A stretch of 62,323 bases of DNA, the filler included, from Thermodesulfobacteriota bacterium (GTDB taxonomy: Bacteria > DASVDK01), in assembly GCA_036381125.1 (NCBI GenBank). It is 8 parts of 8 records of this genome, joined end to end, with 100 filler letters (N's around TTAATTAATTAA, not from the genome) between each part and the next. Parts side by side here need not be neighbours in the genome. Positions count along the whole stretch, not along the records: positions 1 to 12,189 come from DASVDK010000174.1; positions 12,290 to 19,890 come from DASVDK010000175.1; 6 more parts are not named here. One strand, 5' to 3'. Made by a program: the position numbers and the translations under genes. Positions 9,370 to 18,116 of the stretch are shown here, piece by piece (the first letter of the stretch is position 1; the number at the start of each line of letters is the position of its first letter). The notes under the pieces were generated by a model, which saw only the letters and a list, made by a program, of their open reading frames with translations, had not been told where the DNA came from and made no database searches.

Positions 9370-9918
9370 TCAGGGAAGCTCGGCTCGCAGGCGGGCGGCG
9401 GAAGCGGCCAGGGCGCGCGCCTCGGCTGCGAGGTCGTCGCGGCCGGCCGCGCGGGCGAGCGCCTCGAGGGCGGCGTAGTGTCCCGGCAGGGTGCGGCCGA
9501 TGCCGGCCCGCGCCTTGCCCCGCGCCGGCTCCGGCAGAGCCCCGACGACGGCTGCCACCCGGGGGAGCTCCTGCTGCTCGAACCGCACCGCCGCCTCCAC
9601 GGCCGCGGGGAGGCCCGTGTCCGGGTCGGCCGTCGCCGCCGCCTCGAGGGCCGCCACGAGCGGCTCGGCCGCGTCGAGGTCGGCCTCGCGCTCCAGGGCG
9701 ACCGGCGGCGCATCGGTCGCCATGCGCACGAAGTCGCCCGAGAGGTTCAGCACGGCGAAGTGCTGCGCCTCCCCTTCGGCCATCTCGGCGAAGCGGCGGC
9801 CCGACTCGCGCCCGCCGAAGCGCGAGGCGAGCGCCCGGTACGCCTGCATCGCCCGCCGCTCGAGCGCCGCGGCCCGCTCGGCCAGCCTGGCCCTCGCCTC
9901 GAGGGCGGCGTCGGTCAT
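9370..9918 (-). CDS. Ferritin/rubrerythrin-like helical protein
   Basis: E..A...Y, 'MAEGEAQH' (ExxH) and 'AVRFEQ' patterns. Confidence 0.6.
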   Translation of the reverse strand: MTDAALEARARLAERAAALERRAMQAYRALASRFGGRESGRRFAEMAEGEAQHFAVLNLSGDFVRMATDAPPVALEREADLDAAEPLVAALEAAATADPDTGLPAAVEAAVRFEQQELPRVAAVVGALPEPARGKARAGIGRTLPGHYAALEALARAAGRDDLAAEARALAASAARLRAELP

Positions 9919-10280
9919 TGCCCAGCCCCCTGGCAGCTCTCGCAGGGGCAGAGGTCCCGCAGGAGCTCGAACGAGAAGATCCCCGTGTCGTGGCGGTCGC
10001 TCCAGTAGAAGCGGAGCGCGTAGCGGCCGATCGGCTCCACCCGCTCGAGCGCGAGCGGCGCGCCGGAGCCGGGCTGGCCCGCGATCGGCAGGCTCACGCC
10101 CGCCGAGGGCGAGCCGGCCGGCCCCTTCGCCCGCCGCTCGTGGCAGGAGGCGCAGGGGCAGCGCTCGCGCAGGTGCTGGAGCGGATAGACGCTCTCGTGT
10201 CCGTCGGCCCAGACGATCCCGTAGAACTCGTCGCCGATCGCCTGGGCGGTCCGGGGGAGCGTGCGAAGGTCGGTGCTCAT
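9915..10280 (-). CDS. DUF971 / gamma-butyrobetaine-hydroxylase-like N-terminal domain protein
   Basis: W.DGH.S.Y…LR..CPCASC…G.YAL…WSD.HDTGIFSF..LR. Confidence 0.9.
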   Translation of the reverse strand: MSTDLRTLPRTAQAIGDEFYGIVWADGHESVYPLQHLRERCPCASCHERRAKGPAGSPSAGVSLPIAGQPGSGAPLALERVEPIGRYALRFYWSDRHDTGIFSFELLRDLCPCESCQGAGQ

Positions 10281-10286
10281 GCCGGC

Positions 10287-10292
10287 ATTATA
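10287..10292 (-). promoter_or_regulatory. -10 box (TATAAT) 6 nt before the ATG; probably leaderless
   Basis: Minus strand TATAAT-gccggc-ATG, no SD. Confidence 0.65.
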
Positions 10293-10404
10293 GGCTGGAA
10301 GTTGGACCTCTTCTGCCGGATCATCGGCGCGACGTCGTCGCACGTCTCCACGCGGAAGCCGGCGGCGGTCCACGGGTCGGCCGCCGGCGCCGACGACGCG
10401 ACTC

Positions 10405-11895
10405 TCAGTCGGGCAGCCGCCGGTGGACCGGGTAGGGGCGAGCCTGGAGGCCGCCGCAGTGGCTCGTGACGGCCGGCTCGAGGCGGGCGGCCAGGGCGCG
10501 TGCGTCGGCGGTCTCGGCGCGCAGGCGCTCCACGGCCGCCTCGGCCCGGGCCCTGAGGCGCGAGACGTCCACGGTCGTCACCCGGCCCCCCTCGACGACC
10601 ATCCGGCCGCCGATCATCACGCGGTCCACCGCGGAGCCGTTCTCCGCGAAGACGACCTGCGTCGCAGGGTCGTTGAGCGGCGCGTACCGGACGTGCCGCA
10701 GGTCGAGGAAGACGACGTCGGCCTTGTAGCCGGCGGCGAGCCGACCGATCTGCCCGGCGAGGCCGAGGGCGCGGGCGCTCCCTTCGGTCGCCGCGCGGAG
10801 CACGTCGGGCGCGGAGAGCCAGCGGTCGGGGTCGGGCGAGGCGATGCGGGAGACGAGGGCCGCCATCCGCACCGCCTCGAACATGTTGAGGTGATCGGAG
10901 GAGGAGGCGCCGTCGGTGCCGATCGCGAGGTTCACGCCGCGGTCGAGCATCCGGCGCGCCGGCGCGACGCCGGTGCCGAGCCGCAGGTTGCTGCCGGCGT
11001 TGTGGGAGACCGAGGCGCCGGCATCGGCCAGGCGCGCGATGTCGTCGTCGTCGAGCCAGATGGCGTGCGCGGCCACGAAGCGGGGTCCGAGCACGCCGAG
11101 GCCGGCGAGGTGCGCGGTGAGGCTGGTCCCGTAGCGCGCGAGCCCGGCCAGCACCTGCACCTTCGACTCGGCGAGGTGGGTGTGGAGGCCGACGCCGAAC
11201 TCGGCCGCGGCGTCGCGCGCGCGGGTCCAGAGCTCGTCGCTGCAGTGCGTCGGGATCGTCGGCGCGATCGCGAGGCCGACGCCGCGGGCGCCGAAGCGCC
11301 AGCGCCGCAACGCGTCGACCATGCCGGCCATGGTCTCGGCCGGCGGCCGGGGGCGGAGCCGGTCCACGTCGGCGGCCGACCCCGGTGGGAGCGCCTCCCG
11401 CAGGCCGGGCACCGCCTCGTAGACCGTGCGGTCGGCGAGCATGGGGGCGACGACGGCCCGCATGCCGACCGCCGCGTACGCCTCGGCCACGGCCTCGAGC
11501 CCCTCGAGCGTCGGCGCCGGCAGCTCCAGCGTCAGGTCGTACGCGGCCGTGCAGCCGTGGGTGACCATCTCCACCGCGCCGACGAGGGTCGCAAGGTGCC
11601 GGTCCTCGGCCGTCCGCCGGCCGTTGACCCAGGGCCCCGCGTTGAGCAAGAGCTCGAGCGTCCAGCGGTCCCCGACCCCGCGCGAGAGCGTGCCGTGCGC
11701 GTGCGTGTGGGCGTTCACGAGGCCGGGCAGGAGGAGACGGTCGGTCGCGTCGACCGGCCGCGCGTCGGCCGGGGCGGGGAGCCCCGGGGGACCGACCTCG
11801 ACGATGGTGTCACCGGTCACGAGGAGGTCTGCCGGATCGGCGCGGCACGCCGCCGGGTCGAGGATGCGGCCGCCGCGGATGACGAGGCTCGACAT
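10405..11895 (-). CDS. Amidohydrolase (Atz/Trz/MtaD-like deaminase)
   Basis: NAHTH, HTHLAES, AHAIW and IGTDG metal-binding motifs. Confidence 0.9.
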   Translation of the reverse strand: MSSLVIRGGRILDPAACRADPADLLVTGDTIVEVGPPGLPAPADARPVDATDRLLLPGLVNAHTHAHGTLSRGVGDRWTLELLLNAGPWVNGRRTAEDRHLATLVGAVEMVTHGCTAAYDLTLELPAPTLEGLEAVAEAYAAVGMRAVVAPMLADRTVYEAVPGLREALPPGSAADVDRLRPRPPAETMAGMVDALRRWRFGARGVGLAIAPTIPTHCSDELWTRARDAAAEFGVGLHTHLAESKVQVLAGLARYGTSLTAHLAGLGVLGPRFVAAHAIWLDDDDIARLADAGASVSHNAGSNLRLGTGVAPARRMLDRGVNLAIGTDGASSSDHLNMFEAVRMAALVSRIASPDPDRWLSAPDVLRAATEGSARALGLAGQIGRLAAGYKADVVFLDLRHVRYAPLNDPATQVVFAENGSAVDRVMIGGRMVVEGGRVTTVDVSRLRARAEAAVERLRAETADARALAARLEPAVTSHCGGLQARPYPVHRRLPD

Positions 11896-11927
11896 CCTTC
11901 GACTCTACACGAAACGCCGAGACGGGG

Positions 11928-12188
11928 CTAGCGGGCCTCCTCGCCGACCTCCATGGCGGGCGCGTCGATGGCGCGCGTGAGGGTGATGCCGTAGCGCTTG
12001 AGCTTGCGCCAGAGGGTGGTCCGGCTCATGCCGAGCTGCTGGTAGGTGAGGGTGAGGTTGTAGCCGTTCCGCTTGAGCGCGTCCATGATGCGCTCCCGTT
12101 CGCGGCGGGACGCGGGGCCGTCGTCCTCCGGCGCCGCCTGCCGCTTCGACCCCCGCTCGGTGGCCGCGACCAGGTCTGCCGCCGTCAG
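11928..12188 (-). CDS. C-terminal Fis-type HTH of a probable sigma54-dependent activator (partial)
   Basis: Not in the ORF track; translates as ERERIMDALKRNGYNLTLTYQQLGMSRTTLWRKLKRYGI…*; truncated at the contig edge. Confidence 0.8.
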   Translation of the reverse strand: MTAADLVAATERGSKRQAAPEDDGPASRRERERIMDALKRNGYNLTLTYQQLGMSRTTLWRKLKRYGITLTRAIDAPAMEVGEEAR

Positions 12189-12189
12189 C

Positions 12190-12289
12190 NNNNNNNNNNN
12201 NNNNNNNNNNNNNNNNNNNNNNNNNNNNNNNNNTTAATTAATTAANNNNNNNNNNNNNNNNNNNNNNNNNNNNNNNNNNNNNNNNNNNN
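12190..12289. other. Artificial contig linker
   Basis: N-run + TTAATTAATTAA + N-run, 100 nt. Confidence 0.99.
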
Positions 12290-13974
12290 AGGCCGACCCG
12301 CTCGGCCGGGGCGAGGTGCCGCAGCCCCTTCGCGAGGAGCGCCTCGAGGAGGCCGCGCTCGGGCGCGAGCCGGTAGAACCCGACCTGGTCGGCGTTGGCG
12401 TGCACCCAGTCGGCCCGCCCCTCGAGCGTCACGTCGGCCGAGGCGTCGGTGAGGAGCGCCCGCTGCTCCCTGACCTCGCCGTCCGCGCCGTAGCGCACGA
12501 CGATCGGCACGTGCCAGCGTGCGTCGCTCCCCGCGGCGGCCTCCCTCGGGTTCGCGAAGAACCGCCGCTGGCCGAAGCGGAGCGTGGTCCGCTCTCCCGC
12601 CTGCACCGCCTCCACGGACACCACCGGGAAGCCGGGCTGCGCCACCCAGGTGCGCATCATCGGCGCCACCGGCTCGCCCGAGGCCTCGCCGAGCTTCTCC
12701 CAGAGGTCGTCGCCGCTCGCGTTGGCGTCCTTGTAGGCCTCGAGGTAGGCGCGCATCCCCTGCCGGAAGGTCGCCTCGCCGAGGTACCGCTCGAGCATCC
12801 GCAGGACCGCGCCGCCCTTCTCGTAGGTGATGACGTCGAACTGCTCCACCGCCTCGGCCGGGCTCTTCACCGGGCTCCAGATCGCGCGGGTGCTCACGAG
12901 GGCGTCGGTCGCCATGGCGCGCGTCCGGTCGGCCTGGAACTCGTCCCAGAGCCGCCACTCCGGCTTCCACACGTCGATCGCCTTGGTGGCGATCCAGGTG
13001 GCGAAGGCCTCGTTGAGCCAGAGGTCGTCCCACCACTTCATCGTCACGCGGTTGCCGAACCACTGGTGCGACAGCTCGTGGGCGATGGTCTCGGCGACCG
13101 CCTTCTGCTGGCGCCAGGAGGCCGAGGCCGGGTCCATGAGGAGGAGGTTCCTCCGGTAGAAGATCGCGCCGGCGTTCTCCATGGCCCCCGCGTCGAAGCC
13201 GGGCACGGCCACCTGGTCCAGCTTCCCGTAGTGGTACGTCTGACCGAAGTACTCCTCGAACCAGGCGAGGGCGAACGCCGTCACCGCCTCGGCGAAGGCC
13301 GCCTGGTGCAGCGTCCCGGGCGTCGCCCAGACCCGGCAGGGGGTCCTGCCCACGCGCCGCGCCTTCGTCCCCTCGTAGCGGCCCACGGTGAGGGCCGCCA
13401 GGTAGGTGGAGATCGGCTTCGTCTTGCGGAAGACGACCGTCTGCGTCCCCCGGCTCTTGCGAACGGTGGTCTTCGCGGCCGCGCCGTTGGTGATGACGGT
13501 GAGGCCGATCGGGGCGGTCACCGTCCACTGGAGCGTCGCCTTCACGTCGGGCTCGTCGAAGCAGGGGAAGATCGCCCGGGCGTCGGTCGCCTCGCACTGC
13601 GAGACGATGGCGCGCTCCGCGCCGTCCCGCGCGAGGTAGAGGCCGTGCATGCCGGGGTCGAGCCGGCCGGCGAAGGCGAGCGTGACCACGACGCGCCCCC
13701 GCGGCAGCGGCCTGGGGAACACGAGCGCGACCGTCTCGCGCGCCCGGTACGTGCGGACCGTCCCCCTGACCCGCCGGCCCTTCACGAGGGCGACCGGCTC
13801 GGACACCGACAGGTTGCGGGCGTTGAGCTCCACGGTGTCCGTCTCGGCCGCCACGCGCGCGGTGATCGTGAGCCGGCCCTCGAAGCGCTTGCGCGCCGGC
13901 GAGACGTCGATGTCGATGGCGTAGTCGCGCGGCAGGACGTGCCGCGGCAGGCGGTAGTCGGTGGTGGTCGCCAC
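12290..13974 (-). CDS. M1 family aminopeptidase (PepN-like), 3' truncated
   Basis: GAMEN, HELSHQW…WLNEAFA and YEKG motifs. Confidence 0.95.
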
Positions 13975-14114
13975 GTCTGCTCCGCTCCTCGAAAGGGTCG
14001 TCGTGTCGTCCGGTGTACCGGGCGCCCGGGGCGCCGAGCCGCATGGTAGCAACCCGGGCCGCGGGCGGCGGCGGCGCGTTGCCGAGGCGCCGGCCGGCGG
14101 CTTACAATGCGTCC

Positions 14115-14702
14115 ATGCCGCTCGACCCGAACCCGTTCGTCCAGTTCCGGCGGTGGTTCGCCGACGCCGTCGAGGCGAGGATCAAGGACCCGAACGCCAT
14201 GACGCTCGCCACGGCGACGCCGGACGGCGCGCCCGCCGCCCGCGTCGTCCTGCTCAAGGAGATCGATGACCGCGGCCTGGTCTTCTTCACGAACTACGAG
14301 AGCCGCAAGGGGGTCGAGCTGGCGGCCAATCCCCGCGCGGCGCTCTGCTTCTTCTGGGCGCCGCTCGAGCGCCAGGTGCGCGTCGAGGGCCGCGTCGAGA
14401 AGGTGACGCGCGAGGAGTCCGAGGCCTATTTCCGCACCCGGCCTCGCGGCAGCCAGCTCGGCGCCTGGGCGTCCCGCCAGAGCGCCGTCATCCCGGGGCG
14501 CGAACCGCTCGAGGCGCGCGTGGCCGAGCTCGAGCGGCAGTACCCGGACGGCACCGAGGTCCCCTGCCCGCCCTGGTGGGGCGGCTACCGGGTGCTCCCC
14601 GACGCCTTCGAGTTCTGGATCGGGCGGCCGAGCCGGCTGCACGACCGCTTCCGCTACACGCCGTCCGGCAGCGGCTGGACCGTGACGCGCCTTTCGCCCT
14701 GA
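14115..14702 (+). CDS. pdxH: Pyridoxine/pyridoxamine 5'-phosphate oxidase
   Basis: [38 protein letters not shown] and RLSP; TACAAT lies 6 nt upstream of the ATG. Confidence 0.96.
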   Translation: MPLDPNPFVQFRRWFADAVEARIKDPNAMTLATATPDGAPAARVVLLKEIDDRGLVFFTNYESRKGVELAANPRAALCFFWAPLERQVRVEGRVEKVTREESEAYFRTRPRGSQLGAWASRQSAVIPGREPLEARVAELERQYPDGTEVPCPPWWGGYRVLPDAFEFWIGRPSRLHDRFRYTPSGSGWTVTRLSP

Positions 14703-14743
14703 CGCCGAATGTCGAGCGGCCGTCGCCCGTCCCACGTGTCGCC

Positions 14744-15514
14744 ATGCGCATCCGCGGCACCCGGATCGTGCGGCCGCCGGTGACGATCGGGCGGCTTGCC
14801 GCCCTCCTCGCGCTCGTCCTGGTCCTCGCCGTCGCGGTGCAGGCCTGCGCCCGCGCCTCCGCGGGGCACTGGAGCCAGGCCCGGTGGGATTCGGCCGGCA
14901 TCGCCCCCGACCCGGCCACGATACCCGAGGCCGTGGTGCAGGTCTACGCGGCCCGGGTCTGGGGGTGGCGCGGGGCCCTGGGCGTCCACACCTGGATCGC
15001 CGTCAAGCCGAGCGACGCCCCTGCCTGGACCACGTACGACGTCACCGGCTGGGGGGTCCGGCGCGGCCGCCCGGCCGTCCGCATCCGCAGCGGCATCCCG
15101 GACGGCTACTGGGCCGGCAGCGAGCCGGAGCTCCTCTTCGACCGGCGAGGCGAGGGGGTGGACGACCTCATCGCGCGCATCGAGGCGGCCGCCCGGAGCT
15201 ATCCCTACGCCGACACCTACACGATGTGGCCCGGCCCCAACAGCAACACGTTCGTCGCCCACGTGGCGCGCGAGGCGGGCCTGCGGCTCGACCTGCCGCC
15301 CACGGCGATCGGCAAGGACTACCTGCCGAACGGCAGCGTGGCGGCCCTGAGCCCCAGCGGCACCGGGGTCCAGGTGTCGCTCTTCGGCCTCCTCGGGGTG
15401 ATGCTGGCCGCCGAGGAGGGGGTCGAGGTGAACGTCCTCGGCCTCACCTTCGGGATCGACCTCTGGGGGCCGGCCCTCAAGCTGCCCGGCGTAGGGCGGG
15501 TCGGGGCCAGGTAG
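14744..15514 (+). CDS. DUF3750-type protein
   Basis: SAGIAPDP…QVYAAR.WGWRG..GVHTWI…WPGPNSNTF…LPPTAIGKDY; start codon uncertain. Confidence 0.8.
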   Translation: MRIRGTRIVRPPVTIGRLAALLALVLVLAVAVQACARASAGHWSQARWDSAGIAPDPATIPEAVVQVYAARVWGWRGALGVHTWIAVKPSDAPAWTTYDVTGWGVRRGRPAVRIRSGIPDGYWAGSEPELLFDRRGEGVDDLIARIEAAARSYPYADTYTMWPGPNSNTFVAHVAREAGLRLDLPPTAIGKDYLPNGSVAALSPSGTGVQVSLFGLLGVMLAAEEGVEVNVLGLTFGIDLWGPALKLPGVGRVGAR

Positions 15515-15519
15515 CGGCG

Positions 15520-16230
15520 CTATCTGGTGACCCGTCCCGCGAAGCTCAGATCGCCCGACGCCACGTCGAAGACGTCGGTCATGCAGAGGAGCGGCGCGCC
15601 GAGGTCGGCGCTCACGCGGAACCCCGCGGTGATGCCGTCGAAGCGCATGCCGGCGACGCCGTCGAGCGCGTCGCGCGGGACGCGCACCTCGACCGCCGGC
15701 CCGACGAACGTCGGCGGCAGGTCCGGGCTGTCGACGAGGAGCGCCACGCCCGGCCAGGTCCGCGGCACGCGCGGAGTGGCGCCCTGCGGGATGTCGCGAA
15801 CCTTCAGGGCCTTCGGGCCGCACGCCTCGTCCGGGACGAGCACGAACCAGTGGGTGTGCCAGACGTCCCGATTGCGCCGGCCGTCGGCGGCGTCGTCGAA
15901 GTCGGGGTGGAACGTGACGGCGAGGGCGAGAATCCCCTGACCGGCCTCGAACCCGACCGCCGAGGTGTCGAGCGTGGTCGGCCAGACGTAGGCGTAGACC
16001 CGGCTCCCCTCCAGGGCGCCGGTCGCTCGGGGCGTCTCCCCACCGGCGCCGTCGCGCACCTCCATGCGAAAGATCACGTCCTCGCCCTGGAGCATCACGA
16101 CCGTGCGGACGATGTCGAAGGGCGCCGCGGTGGCGGGCGCGGCGGCCGACCTCACCTCGCGGCCCGACGTGCTGCACCCGAGCACCGCCAGGGCCGCCAG
16201 GAGGGCCAGCGCATGCATCGCCCGTATCAT
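15520..16230 (-). CDS. Uncharacterised lipoprotein
   Basis: Signal peptide with lipobox VLGC; core YVWPT…HPDFDD…WHTHW…C. Confidence 0.7.
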   Translation of the reverse strand: MIRAMHALALLAALAVLGCSTSGREVRSAAAPATAAPFDIVRTVVMLQGEDVIFRMEVRDGAGGETPRATGALEGSRVYAYVWPTTLDTSAVGFEAGQGILALAVTFHPDFDDAADGRRNRDVWHTHWFVLVPDEACGPKALKVRDIPQGATPRVPRTWPGVALLVDSPDLPPTFVGPAVEVRVPRDALDGVAGMRFDGITAGFRVSADLGAPLLCMTDVFDVASGDLSFAGRVTR

Positions 16231-16412
16231 GCCTCGCCCTCCCCGATCGACCGTGGCCCGACGGCGCCTGCCCGCCGGGGACCGCCCCGCGCCTCCCCGC
16301 CGCCGCGGGTCGGCGGAGATACTGAGGGCCTCCACGCGCGGCTGTCAAGGCCGCCGGGTGCCGCCGCCTGATACAATGCGCGAGGGGCTCGGACCCCGCG
16401 AGGAGGGACAGC

Positions 16413-16829
16413 ATGACCGCGACCCCCGACATCGTGATCACCGACCGCGACAAGGAGCGGCTCGTCCACGTCGTGGAGGCGTGGATGGACCGGCCGCCGT
16501 TCGCGGAGATGGCCGATTTCCTCGACGCGGAGCTGGCCCGCGCGGAGGTCGTCCCCCCCGAGGCGATCGAGCCGACGGTGGCGACCATGAACTCCCGGGT
16601 CGAGTACGAGGACGCGACCACGGGGCAGCGGCGCTGCGTCACCATCGCCTTCCCCGACCAGGCCGGCGGCGCGGAGCGGGTCTCCGTGCTGAGCCCGGTC
16701 GGCGCGGCGCTCCTCGGTCTGTCCGAGGGCCAGGAGATCGCCTGGCACACGTCCGACGGCCGGGCGCGGCGGATCCGGCTCCTCAAGGTGCACTTCCAGC
16801 CGGAGGCGGCGGGACAGTACGACCTGTAG
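16413..16829 (+). CDS. rnk: Rnk / GreA-GreB family RNA polymerase-binding factor
   Basis: I.IT..D..RL, L..EL.RA, TMNSRV and SVLSPVGAALLG…FQPEAAG motifs. Confidence 0.85.
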   Translation: MTATPDIVITDRDKERLVHVVEAWMDRPPFAEMADFLDAELARAEVVPPEAIEPTVATMNSRVEYEDATTGQRRCVTIAFPDQAGGAERVSVLSPVGAALLGLSEGQEIAWHTSDGRARRIRLLKVHFQPEAAGQYDL

Positions 16830-16855
16830 GCACTGCGGAGCCGCCCCCTCCACCC

Positions 16856-17536
16856 ATGCCACGAGATCCGGAGCCGCGCCCGCCCGAGGCCGCGGCGGTC
16901 GCCTATCCACGGCTGGCCGCATGGCTCGCGGGACGCCGGGAGGACCAGCGCGCGAAGGGGACCGTGCTCTTCCGCGACGGGGACCCGTACCGGGGGGCGA
17001 TCTTCCTCGTCGAGGGGACGGTCACGCTCCGCAAGGCGTCCGCTCGCGGCCGGGCGCTGATCCTCGCGATCGAGTCGGCCGGCCACCTCTTCGCCGAGGC
17101 GCCCCACCTGACCGGCGAGCGGACCTACGCCGTCACCGCGCACTGCGTCGAGCCCTCGCGGATCGTGCGCCTGCCTCCCGCCGACCTCGAGGCCGCGCTG
17201 CGCGACCCGCTCGTCGGCCGCGAGATCGTCGAGAACCTCGCCCGCAAGCTGCACCGCTTCCGGCAGTCGATCTTCGAGTTCACGCTCACCGACGCGCAGC
17301 GCCGGCTCCACCGCTTCCTGGAGACCCTCGCCCGCTCCGGGCAGCGCGGCGCGCCGCCGCCCCTGCCGGTCACGGTCACGCTCCCGGTCACCAAGCACGA
17401 GCTGGCGGAGCTGATGGGGATCACCGCCGAGGCGCTCTCGCGCACCTTCGAGGCGCTCGAGGCGGCCGGGGCGGTGGAGCGGCTGCCCGGACGGGCGCTC
17501 CGCCTCCTGCGGTGGCCCGTTCCGGAGATCGACTGA
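16856..17536 (+). CDS. Crp/Fnr family regulator (no N-terminal Fe-S Cys; DNR/NnrR/HcpR-like)
   Basis: cNMP-fold domain; HTH 'ELAELMGITAEALSRTF' with an ExxSR recognition helix. Confidence 0.9.
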   Translation: MPRDPEPRPPEAAAVAYPRLAAWLAGRREDQRAKGTVLFRDGDPYRGAIFLVEGTVTLRKASARGRALILAIESAGHLFAEAPHLTGERTYAVTAHCVEPSRIVRLPPADLEAALRDPLVGREIVENLARKLHRFRQSIFEFTLTDAQRRLHRFLETLARSGQRGAPPPLPVTVTLPVTKHELAELMGITAEALSRTFEALEAAGAVERLPGRALRLLRWPVPEID

Positions 17537-17550
17537 CGCCCGCGCCCGCC

Positions 17551-17564
17551 TTGACCTGTGTCAA
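17551..17564 (+). promoter_or_regulatory. FNR/DNR-type box
   Basis: TTGAC-ctgt-GTCAA palindrome centred about 42 nt upstream of ATG 17600; -10 TACAGT at 17587-17592. Confidence 0.8.
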
Positions 17565-17599
17565 GACGCGCGCGGACCGCGCCGGCTACAGTAGGCCCG

Positions 17600-18106
17600 A
17601 TGCGTACCGTCTACCTGCTCGCCGTCTGGCTCCACATCCTCGCCGTCGTCGTCTGGCTCGGCGGGATGGCGTTCCTCGTCCTCGTCTTCGTCCCGATCCT
17701 CCGCAAGCCCGAGTACCGGACGCAGGCGCCGGCGCTCTTCCACCTCCTCGGGACGCGGTTCCGCCCCGTCGGGTGGGCCTGCCTGATCACGCTCCTGGTG
17801 ACCGGGACCATTCAGCTCGGCTACCGGGGCCACGGTTGGGAGGACCTCTGGACCGGGCGGCTCTTCGCCGGGCCGCTCGGGCACGCGCTGGCGCTCAAGC
17901 TCGCCGTCGTGGGGGCGATCCTGGTCCTCTCGACGGTGCACGACTTCGTCGTCGGCCCGCGGGCCACCAAGGCCTTCCTCGCCGGCACGCCGCCCGAGGC
18001 GCGCGAGCAGCTCAGGCGCCAGGCGAGCCGCCTCGGGCGGACGACCTTCGTCCTCGCCCTCGTGGCGACGGCGCTCGGCGTCGTGCTCGTGCGGGGGCTC
18101 CCCTGA
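17600..18106 (+). CDS. CopD/DUF4149-like 4-TM membrane protein
   Basis: WLHIL..VVWLGGM and LSTVHDF conserved His residues; LKL motif. Confidence 0.75.
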   Translation: MRTVYLLAVWLHILAVVVWLGGMAFLVLVFVPILRKPEYRTQAPALFHLLGTRFRPVGWACLITLLVTGTIQLGYRGHGWEDLWTGRLFAGPLGHALALKLAVVGAILVLSTVHDFVVGPRATKAFLAGTPPEAREQLRRQASRLGRTTFVLALVATALGVVLVRGLP

Positions 18107-18116
18107 GCCCGGCGCG

